DNA of 64,000 nt from an uncultured Actinomycetes bacterium. Its GTDB lineage: Bacteria; Actinomycetota; Thermoleophilia; Solirubrobacterales; 70-9. Position numbers and translations under genes: made by a program. The stretch covers positions 42,483-106,482 of the forward strand of contig CAVWKY010000004.1 of NCBI GenBank assembly GCA_963755775.1, read 5' to 3'. The notes under the pieces were generated by a model. It was given only the letters and a program-made list of their open reading frames with translations. It made no database searches and had not been told where the DNA came from. Below are positions 56,926 through 64,000 of this stretch, piece by piece; the stretch's first letter is position 1, and each line of letters begins with the position of its first letter.

Positions 56926-58866
56926 ATGAGCGCGGCGAAGCCCAAGCGCATGGAGAAGCCGGCGCGCGGCGAACGCACAGACAGCAAACCGGCGCCTGCG
57001 CCCCAGAGCGCCGCGGCGCCCTCGCCCTTCCCACCGATCGCCGACTACGCCTTCCTGTCTAACTGCCACACGGGCGCCCTGGTCGCACCGGACGGCGCGA
57101 TCGACTGGCTCTGCGTACCGCGGTTCGACTCGCCGAGCGTCTTCGGCGCCCTGCTCGACCGCCAGAACGGCGCCTTCCGCTTCGGGCCCTTCGGGATCAA
57201 CGTGCCAACGGCACGGATCTACGAGCCGGGCACGAACACCATCGCGACGACTTGGCACACGCCGATGGGTTGGGTGCTGATCCGCGACGCGCTCACCATG
57301 GCCCCGAGTCAGGGGGAGGACAGGATCACGCCGCACACCCGGCCGCCGGCCGACGAGGACGGCGAGCACCTGCTCGTGCGCACGGCGCTCTGCATCGAGG
57401 GGAGCGTCGAGCTCGAGCTGGTCTGCGAGCCGACCTTCGACTACGGCCGCGCGCCGGCCGAATGGAGCCTGGGCGGCGACGACCGGCAGACCGCCGATGC
57501 GACCGGCGCCGGGCAGACGATCCGGCTGCGCTCCGACATGCAGCTGGGGATCGAGGGCGACCGCGTCCGGGCGCGGCACGCGCTCCAGAAGGGAGAGCAG
57601 ATCTTCTGCTCGCTCTCGTGGGCCGAGGAGCTGGCGTCGCCCGAGGACGTCGACGATGCGAACGCCAAGCTCGCCGCGACCGCGCACTTCTGGCGCGACT
57701 GGCTTGCCCGGGCCCGGATGCCCGACCATCGCTGGCGCGAGCCGATCCAGCGCTCGGCGCTGACGATCAAGGGCCTCACCTACATGCCAACCGGCGCCAC
57801 GGTCGCGGCGCTCACGACCTCGCTCCCCGAGACGCCCGGGGGCGAGCGCAATTGGGACTACCGCTTCACCTGGATGCGCGACACGACCTTCACCCTCCAG
57901 GCGCTGCATTTCCTCGACCTCGACTGGGAGGCGGACGAGTTCATGCAATTCGTTGCCGACCTCGAGGCGAATGAGGACGGGGCGCTGCAGATCATGTACG
58001 GGATCGACGGACGGCGCGACCTGACCGAGTCGACCCGCGACGAGCTCTCCGGCTATGCCGGGGCGCGTCCGGTGCGGATCGGCAACGGCGCCTTCGACCA
58101 GCGCCAGAACGATGTCTTCGGCGCAGTCTTGGACTCGATCATGCTCCACACTCAGCGCAGCCAGCGGCTCCCGCGCCGCCTGTGGCCGATCGTCCAGGCG
58201 CAGGCCGAGTGCGCGGTCAAGGTCTGGCGCGAGCCCGACCAGGGGATCTGGGAGGCGCGTGGTGCGCCGCGGCACTACGTCTCCTCGAAGCTGATGTGCT
58301 GGGTCGCGCTGGACCGGGCGGCAAGGCTGGGCGCGATCGCTGGTGATTCTGAGCTCGAGGTAAGCTGGCGGGCCACCGCCGAGGAGATCCGCGCCGACAT
58401 CCTCAAGCACGGGGTGCGCGACGGGGTCCTGCGCCAGCACTACGAGACCGAGGCGCTTGACGCCTCGACCCTGCTGGCGGCGATCTTCGGCTTCCTGCCC
58501 GGAAACGACGAGACCCTGCGACGCTCGGTCGAAGCGATCGCGGACGAACTCACCGAGGACGGGTTCGTGCTCCGCTACCGGACCGACGAGACCGACGACG
58601 GGCTCTCGGGCAAGGAGGGCAGTTTTCTGATCTGCTCGTTCTGGCTCGTCTCGGCGCTCGCGATCGTCGGCGCTGAGCAGCGCGCTCGCGACATGATGGA
58701 GCGCCTGCTGAGGGTCGCCTCGCCGCTCGGGCTCTACGCCGAGGAGTTCGACACCGGCACCGGCCTCCACCTCGGCAACTTTCCCCAGGCCTTCTCGCAC
58801 CTGGCCCTGATCGCGGCCGCGGCGCCGATCATTCTCGCCGAGCGGCTGCGCGAGTACAGGGGATGA
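56926..58866 (+). CDS. glycoside hydrolase family 15 (glucoamylase/trehalase-like)
   Basis: IADYAFLSNCHTGALVAPDGAIDWLCVPRFDSPSVFGALLD...RNWDYRFTWMRDTTFTLQAL...GNFPQAFSHLALI. Confidence 0.85.
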   Translation: MSAAKPKRMEKPARGERTDSKPAPAPQSAAAPSPFPPIADYAFLSNCHTGALVAPDGAIDWLCVPRFDSPSVFGALLDRQNGAFRFGPFGINVPTARIYEPGTNTIATTWHTPMGWVLIRDALTMAPSQGEDRITPHTRPPADEDGEHLLVRTALCIEGSVELELVCEPTFDYGRAPAEWSLGGDDRQTADATGAGQTIRLRSDMQLGIEGDRVRARHALQKGEQIFCSLSWAEELASPEDVDDANAKLAATAHFWRDWLARARMPDHRWREPIQRSALTIKGLTYMPTGATVAALTTSLPETPGGERNWDYRFTWMRDTTFTLQALHFLDLDWEADEFMQFVADLEANEDGALQIMYGIDGRRDLTESTRDELSGYAGARPVRIGNGAFDQRQNDVFGAVLDSIMLHTQRSQRLPRRLWPIVQAQAECAVKVWREPDQGIWEARGAPRHYVSSKLMCWVALDRAARLGAIAGDSELEVSWRATAEEIRADILKHGVRDGVLRQHYETEALDASTLLAAIFGFLPGNDETLRRSVEAIADELTEDGFVLRYRTDETDDGLSGKEGSFLICSFWLVSALAIVGAEQRARDMMERLLRVASPLGLYAEEFDTGTGLHLGNFPQAFSHLALIAAAAPIILAERLREYRG

Positions 58867-59200
58867 GGGGACCCTCCCGGGCCGAGTGATCGAGGGCGAG
58901 CTCCCGGCGCGGGGCGACGCCCGGCTGAGCCCTGGGGGCGGACGCCGCGGAGGCGGCGCTTGATCGTCCTGGAGGCGTGGATGCCCTGCTGCATGGCGAC
59001 CTCGGCCACGCCGGGCAGACCGTCGAGCCCCGCCATGTCGCCGATCGCGAACACCTCGGGGCGACCGGGCAGGGAACAGGCGGGCCGACCGCGACACGGC
59101 CTGCCCGGTCGCAGTCGCAATCGGAGGCGACTGGCTCGACGGTGGCGATCAAAGTGATCGCTACACAGGCGGTCGACCACGGCGAGATTTCTCGTCGCGT
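58867..59200 (-). pseudogene. remnant of a type-II NADH dehydrogenase / pyridine-nucleotide-disulfide oxidoreductase (C-terminal part, frameshifted)
   Basis: DRAGRVAVG lies in one frame and LPGRPEVFAIGDMAGLDGLPGVAEVAMQQGIHASRTIKRRLRG in another. No N-terminal FAD/NAD domains are present, and the plus-strand gene at 59343 occupies their place. Confidence 0.55.
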
Positions 59201-59342
59201 CACATACGCGACTACGCAACCCAGGCGTGCGAGGTGAGCCGAACGTCGGTACCACCCGTTCTGAGCCGACGGCTCGCGAGATACTGCGCGGGCTATGTCG
59301 CAGGACATCGAAGTCGCATCCATCTGATAAAAGCGCCTCGCC

Positions 59343-59963
59343 GTGACCGTCGCGTCCACACTGCCGTTGGCCTTCGTGATGATCGCCGGACCGCAGATCA
59401 TCAGCTCGTTCTTTCTCGCCACCAGCGAGAAGTGGAAGGGGGATTCCGTCGCATACGTCCTCGGCGCAGCGGTATCGCTGCTCGCCGTTGTCACGGTCGC
59501 TTACTTCGTCGCCAAAGGAATCAAGGACGGCAGCAGCCACGAGGGCTCGCAGTCGCAGACGATCGACTACGTGATCGTGGCCCTTCTCCTCGTTGCGATG
59601 GCCCACGTGTTCCTCCGCAGGAAGCAGTCGGAACCTCCAAAGTGGATGGGCAAGCTCGAGACGGCGACTCCCAGGTTCACCTTTACCCTGGGCTTTCTGC
59701 TCCTGGGTTTCTTTCCCAGCGACCTGATCTGCTCGGTCGTCATCGGCACCCACCTGGCTAATCACGGTGACCCCTGGTGGCACGCGCTTCCCTTTGTGTT
59801 CCTCACCCTCTTCCTGCTGGCCCTGCCCGCCCTGCTCGTCTTGGCGCTCGGCCAACGAGCCGAGACGTTGCTTCCCAAAATCCGTGACTGGATGGGCACG
59901 AACTCCTGGATCGTCAGCGAGATCGTCCTGGCGTTCTTCATCGTCATCGTGCTCAGCGGGTAG
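59343..59963 (+). CDS. GAP-family (Sap-like) membrane protein
   Basis: 206-aa ORF with PLAFVMIAGPQIISSFFLATSEKW... and six hydrophobic segments. Confidence 0.6.
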   Translation: MTVASTLPLAFVMIAGPQIISSFFLATSEKWKGDSVAYVLGAAVSLLAVVTVAYFVAKGIKDGSSHEGSQSQTIDYVIVALLLVAMAHVFLRRKQSEPPKWMGKLETATPRFTFTLGFLLLGFFPSDLICSVVIGTHLANHGDPWWHALPFVFLTLFLLALPALLVLALGQRAETLLPKIRDWMGTNSWIVSEIVLAFFIVIVLSG

Positions 59964-60109
59964 CTGAGCGTCCTCGAAGCGCCGGGCTGCGGGACTGGGC
60001 GACTCGGCGTACAGGCTGGCGCGGAACTGACGCCAACCGGCGGTCGGCACAACTGAAGGGAGAGCGCATTGCGAGAGCGGACAGGCGTCCGTGGCGGCCT
60101 GCGCCGGCT

Positions 60110-60574
60110 CTAAGTGCTCGCCAGCACCGTATGCGTCGAAAGCTCGGCGCTTCGCTCGAGCACATGAGCGAAGCCTTGCTCGAGCTGGCGCTTAAAGATC
60201 CGGTCCATTGCTCCTCCGATCACCGGGATCGGGATCTCGAACGATGACGTCCACACCGCGTTCGTGCCGGTGCCGTCGGCCTTGAGGCGGATGCTGCCGC
60301 CCCCGTGGCGGAACGGAAGCGTCTTGACGTGTCTGATCAGGTAGTCGAAGCGCCGCGGGGGGTCAAAGGCGGTGATTTCTTCCTCGAAGCGAAGCGGTCC
60401 GAGCCAGACCCAGCGGACGGCGCCGAGACCGTTCGGGTCAGAATCCCCGGGTTCGATCAGCTCCGAGCGGCGGATCCCGTCGAAGCGGTCGTAGCGCGCA
60501 TGGTCGGCGACGATCTCAAATACCGCCTCGGGTGGCGCGTCCAGCCGTCGTTCGACGCGAATCGACCGCCTCAT
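60110..60574 (-). CDS. SRPBCC-family (polyketide cyclase/START-like) protein
   Basis: RSIRVERRLDAPPEAVFEIVADHARY... Confidence 0.7.
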   Translation of the reverse strand: MRRSIRVERRLDAPPEAVFEIVADHARYDRFDGIRRSELIEPGDSDPNGLGAVRWVWLGPLRFEEEITAFDPPRRFDYLIRHVKTLPFRHGGGSIRLKADGTGTNAVWTSSFEIPIPVIGGAMDRIFKRQLEQGFAHVLERSAELSTHTVLAST

Positions 60575-61005
60575 CCTACGTCGCTCTGCTCCGCCAGTCC
60601 CATGTCCGACAGCGTAGCCCGCGGGGACTTCGTCGAGCGGTGTCCGAGGCGAAGCCGCGCTTGGGCTGGGAGCGCTCGCGCTTTGGCGTGAAAGCGAAAG
60701 CGCCAGCTCATTGGCGTCCTAGTCGCGGGAAATTCCAAATTTTCGCGCGAAGGTGAGAGCGCCTCCGCGGACCGTTCGGTTCCCACTGGCGTCCGCCGCT
60801 CGTCCTGCCGCGCGACCGGTGCTCGGAGGATGGCCGGCATTAGCTGGCCATACTTAGGTGGTGGCTCGCTCGGGAGAAGAGATCGTGTGGCGAGTCGTAG
60901 AGCTCTTCGCGGCGCCGGCAGCGCAGCCGCGATCAGTTCCCGGCGCGGACCGGTCATACGCATTGAGAAGCCGCGGCGACAGCGGCCGCCTACTGAGGAG
61001 GCGCG

Positions 61006-61173
61006 ATGAGCAAGCTTAGGTGTCATATCTCGATCTCCGTGGACGGTTTCGTCGCTGGCCCGAACCAGAGCGAGGAGAACCCGCTCGGCGAGGGCGGCGA
61101 GGGCCTTCACGACTGGGTGGTCCCGCTGGCCGCCTGGCGCCAAGCCCACGACACACTGACTCACCCTGAGTGA
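61006..61173 (+). pseudogene. 5' stub (55 codons) of a dihydrofolate-reductase-family (RibD C-terminal-like) gene
   Basis: GAGGAGG is followed by ATG 61006. MSKLRCHISISVDGFVAGPNQSEENPLGEGGEGLHDWVVPLAAWRQAHD reads into a stop at 61171-61173. In my experience family members are about four times longer. Confidence 0.5.
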
Positions 61174-61272
61174 AAGGCTGGTCCTTCGGCGGTCGCCGGA
61201 TTCGCCGCCTAGCCCTAATGGACTCTGCTGACGCACCGGCCTCCGCGTTGATCGACTCTCCCGGAGGTTCCA

Positions 61273-64000
61273 ATGCGCTCGCGATTCCGTCCCCACGACA
61301 CCATCGTCGCCTACCTGGCCGCCGTAACCGTGCTTGTCTGCCTGTTCGCGGTTCCGGCTGCGGCACTCGGACAGACCAAGCCCACAGAAGTCGGCTCGGA
61401 GGCAGAGCTGCGGGCCGCCTGGGCGGACCCGTTGCAGACCGAGATCGAGCTCACCGACGACATCTTCCTGCGGGCGTGCCTGCGTGGCGGGCCGATTCGG
61501 GAGTCCCAGCGTCCGATGACCCTGGATGGCAACGGCCACACGATCCGACAGACCTGCTTCGAGAAGCGGCTGCTGCGCCAGGACGGCACCGGCTTCCTCC
61601 TGATTAAGGACGTCACCCTCACGCGGGGCGGTAACGACGGCCCCGGCGCGGCGGTCACGACGCGGGGGGAGATCGTGCTGAAGGATTCCAAGGTGATGGA
61701 GAACCTCTCCGAGGAGCCGGGCGGCGGGATCTTCTCGCAACGAAGGGCGACGATCATTCGCTCCGTCATCACCGGCAACCTGGCGAACGACGACGGCGGA
61801 GGCGTTTACGCCCGCCGCGGCGGGATCCAGGTCTTCGACTCGATCGTCAGCAACAATCTCGTCGACGGCTCCGGCGGCGCACTGGGCTCGACCGGTGACA
61901 TCCTGGTCGTGCGCTCGCGCGTCGACGGCAACACCACCGACGGGGACGGTGGCGCCATCTACACCGACGAGGACGGGGACGTGACGGTGATCGACTCGAC
62001 CGTTGACGGCAACGACGCCGATGGCCCCGGCGGCGCGATCTTCACCCTCGAGGGCGACGTCACGATCGTCAACTCGACCCTGAACGGCAACCGTGCCGAC
62101 GATCGCGGTGGCGCGATCTCGGGCGAGGCCGACGTGACAGTAATCAACTCCACGATTGCCCGCAACGCCGCCGTCGCGCATGTCGGCGGGGGAATCTGGG
62201 CTCGCAGTGACCTGTTCGTTGCCAACTCGACGATCAGCAACAACTACGCGGAGGGCGAGGGAGGCGGCGTTCTCGCCGCCGGAACCGTCGGCCTCGTCAA
62301 CTCGACGGTCCTCGACAACATCGCGTCGGTCGCGGCGAACGTCGGGGCCGGCGCGCGGCTGGAAGCCTTCGGCTCGATCATCGGCCCCGCCGACACGAGC
62401 CCAACCGGGGGTCAGGTGCAGCCAACGGAGACGAATTGCCGCGTCACGGCTTCGACCTCGGCTGGCTACAACTTCGTCAGCGACGACTCCTGCGGCCTGG
62501 AGGGGCCCGGCGACGCGATCGGCAGCGGGGACCCGATGCTTGAGGCCCTCGCGGACAACGGGGGTAGGGGCGAGACGCGTTTGCCCCTGCCGGGCAGCCC
62601 GGTGCTGGACCGGATACCCGTCGGCCAATGCGCGTTTACACCGTTCGGCTACGACCTCGAGGGCGAGCAGCATCTCGCCCGGTTCGGAATCGACCCCCTG
62701 GCTCCGATCACCACGGATCAACGCGGGGTCGGTCGTCCGCAGGATCTGGGATGCGAGGTCGGTGCCGTCGAGCTTTCCTCGCTTCCCCCTGCTTCGCCAC
62801 CTTCGCTGCCCACGCCGCGCCAACCGGAGCCCGGAGATGGGCCGACCTCAGGAATGGGCGATCACGACCTCGACTCGTCGCGTCCCGTGGCACCGGCACT
62901 TCGGACGGTGCAGAAGGGACACAAGGCGTCCCCGCGCAGGCAGGATCGACGCCGCCACGGCGGGCGATCGCTTCGCTCGAAGGTCCGGAGGCTGGAGAAG
63001 CAGTTCGCCTTCAACCAGGGGAGAGTCGAGTTGATGGAGCGGATCGCGAGGAACTTCCGTCACTGGATGACCTGCGTTTCGCCGCTGCCGGTGAGCGAGT
63101 ATGGAGACCCCGATCACCGGTCAGGCTTCCTCTATGACGAGAGGGACGGAACCGGACTCGACCGCAGGCCGGCACTCGCGGTTGGCACCGGAAACCGGGG
63201 CCGCCCCGACTACCTGTTTCTCAAGTTCGCCCATCGCGACGACTGTCAAAGCGCTCCGACCAGGCCTGGGACCCCGGGCTCTCCGGGCACGGGCGACAAT
63301 GCCAAGCAGAGGGCTCCACAGGGGTCGCTTCGGTCGAGGGTTCGGGCTCTCGAGCGGGGGGTGACGGACCTCGACAGAAGGGCCGTACGCCTGGATTCAA
63401 TGTCCGAGCGTTTCGATGAGTGGGAGTCGTGCCTGTCGTGGATACCGGTGACCGAATACGGAGACCCGGATCGAGAGTTCGGATACCTCTTCGGGCGCCA
63501 AGGAAGTGAGCCCGGATACAGGCCGGCTCTGGCCGTCGACATCAGTGAATGGGACGATCCCGACTACGAGTTCCTCGCCTTCAAGGGCCGGGACCGACCG
63601 TTCCGTGAACGCGAGTGTGGAAATGAGCCGGGGGAGGAGGTCGACAAGGCCCCTGCGGCGGGGCGCTCAGCAAAGGCGCGCGGACCGCACCGGAGAGGCA
63701 AGTCCTCCCTGCGTGACAGGGCGGCGGACGTTGGCCAGGAGTTGAGCTCGCTGCAGGAGGAGGTGGAAGACCTGGGGGAGCCGGTGCAGGAGTTCGCGAT
63801 CTTCGATCAGTGCATGCACACGATCGGGGTCACCGAGTACGGAAGCAGGTCGGGCGGTTCTGGCTACCTCTACGGCGCAGGCCGCAGGCCCCGGCCCGCA
63901 TTCGCAATGGACATGCGCGGCTTGAACTCCCCCGAGTATCAACTCCTGGCATTTCCCGGGGAGGAGCCGCCCAGCATCGAGTGCAATGAAGACGCGGGAG
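61273..64000 (+). CDS. secreted beta-helix (Pmp/PbH1-type) protein with choice-of-anchor-Q-like domain and C-terminal tandem modules; 3' end outside window
   Basis: GGAGG lies 5 nt before ATG 61273. I translated all 909 codons to position 63999 and found no stop. There is a signal peptide (MRSRFRPHDTIVAYLAAVTVLVCLFAVPAAALG). The turns are of the type NSTxxxN...GG[GA][IV]. GYNFVSDDSCGLEGPGD...DPMLEALADNGGRGETRLPLPGSPVLDRIP...DQRGVGRP...CEVGAVE follows. The ORF is not in the supplied track, presumably because it has no stop in the window. Confidence 0.85.
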   Translation, partial: MRSRFRPHDTIVAYLAAVTVLVCLFAVPAAALGQTKPTEVGSEAELRAAWADPLQTEIELTDDIFLRACLRGGPIRESQRPMTLDGNGHTIRQTCFEKRLLRQDGTGFLLIKDVTLTRGGNDGPGAAVTTRGEIVLKDSKVMENLSEEPGGGIFSQRRATIIRSVITGNLANDDGGGVYARRGGIQVFDSIVSNNLVDGSGGALGSTGDILVVRSRVDGNTTDGDGGAIYTDEDGDVTVIDSTVDGNDADGPGGAIFTLEGDVTIVNSTLNGNRADDRGGAISGEADVTVINSTIARNAAVAHVGGGIWARSDLFVANSTISNNYAEGEGGGVLAAGTVGLVNSTVLDNIASVAANVGAGARLEAFGSIIGPADTSPTGGQVQPTETNCRVTASTSAGYNFVSDDSCGLEGPGDAIGSGDPMLEALADNGGRGETRLPLPGSPVLDRIPVGQCAFTPFGYDLEGEQHLARFGIDPLAPITTDQRGVGRPQDLGCEVGAVELSSLPPASPPSLPTPRQPEPGDGPTSGMGDHDLDSSRPVAPALRTVQKGHKASPRRQDRRRHGGRSLRSKVRRLEKQFAFNQGRVELMERIARNFRHWMTCVSPLPVSEYGDPDHRSGFLYDERDGTGLDRRPALAVGTGNRGRPDYLFLKFAHRDDCQSAPTRPGTPGSPGTGDNAKQRAPQGSLRSRVRALERGVTDLDRRAVRLDSMSERFDEWESCLSWIPVTEYGDPDREFGYLFGRQGSEPGYRPALAVDISEWDDPDYEFLAFKGRDRPFRERECGNEPGEEVDKAPAAGRSAKARGPHRRGKSSLRDRAADVGQELSSLQEEVEDLGEPVQEFAIFDQCMHTIGVTEYGSRSGGSGYLYGAGRRPRPAFAMDMRGLNSPEYQLLAFPGEEPPSIECNEDAG
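62968..64000 (+). repeat. three (or more) tandem, diverged protein-level modules of about 119-127 codons inside the open-ended ORF
   Basis: Modules start at 62968 (SLRSKVRRLEKQ), 63325 (SLRSRVRALERG) and 63706 (SLRDRAADVGQE). All three share F-x2-[WF]-x2-C-x3-[LI]-[PG]-V-[ST]-E-Y-G, G-[FY]-L-[FY], R-P-A-[LF]-A-[VM], P-[DE]-Y-x-[FL]-L-x-F and a second Cys. Confidence 0.8.

Noticed and set aside
56905-59097. 730-aa minus-strand ORF
   Set aside because: It is antisense to the clearly recognisable GH15 gene (56926..58866). Its composition is typical of shadow frames. Only its last part overlaps the NDH-2 remnant, which is in a different frame.
60571-62823. 750-aa minus-strand ORF, the longest ORF listed in this part of the track
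   Set aside because: It is Arg/Gly/Pro/Asp-rich low-complexity translation with no motifs. It lies exactly antisense to the motif-rich plus-strand ORF starting at 61273, so it is a high-G+C shadow ORF.
1-64000. Prophage, transposon or defence island (integrase, transposase, restriction-modification, toxin-antitoxin, Cas)
   Set aside because: I recognised no such genes in any frame. The small 41049..41279 protein has antitoxin-like composition but no partner toxin.

Overview
High-G+C segment (judged by eye, not computed) with Actinomycetota-type gene content. I count about 60 protein genes. There is no rRNA, no intact tRNA, no CRISPR array and no recognisable transposase or integrase.

Main points, left to right:
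1. 1-5.5 kb: three conserved enzymes (SDR, Zn-alcohol dehydrogenase, penicillin acylase) can each be read only by hopping between reading frames.
2. 9.6-13.1 kb: a divergent arsenic locus. One arm is arsR, an arsI/cadI-type gene and a methyltransferase. The other arm is an R2-like di-iron protein, an aquaglyceroporin and arsC.
3. 26.1-33.0 kb: two paralogous secreted copper-radical oxidases with Ig-like and RTX-type tails flank a BBE-like FAD oxidase. Each paralogue has its own TTGAyC-N17-TAGGTT promoter and each carries one frameshift.
4. 37.4-40.9 kb: a lipid head-group gene cluster.
5. 45.3-48.3 kb: a DUF1269 / DUF6325 / SHOCT membrane-stress-type cluster.
6. 56.2-61.2 kb: a tRNA-Val 3' fragment plus three truncated genes, suggesting repeated rearrangement.
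7. Right edge: a plus-strand ORF from ATG 61273 runs at least 909 codons to the window end without a stop. It is absent from the supplied ORF track, which shows only its 750-aa antisense shadow. It encodes a secreted beta-helix / choice-of-anchor-Q-like protein followed by at least three tandem copies of a roughly 120-aa Cys-containing module that I cannot assign to any family. This is my best candidate for something undescribed.

Many of the longest ORFs in the track are antisense or out-of-frame shadows typical of high-G+C DNA. All family assignments come from motif recognition by eye; no searches were run.
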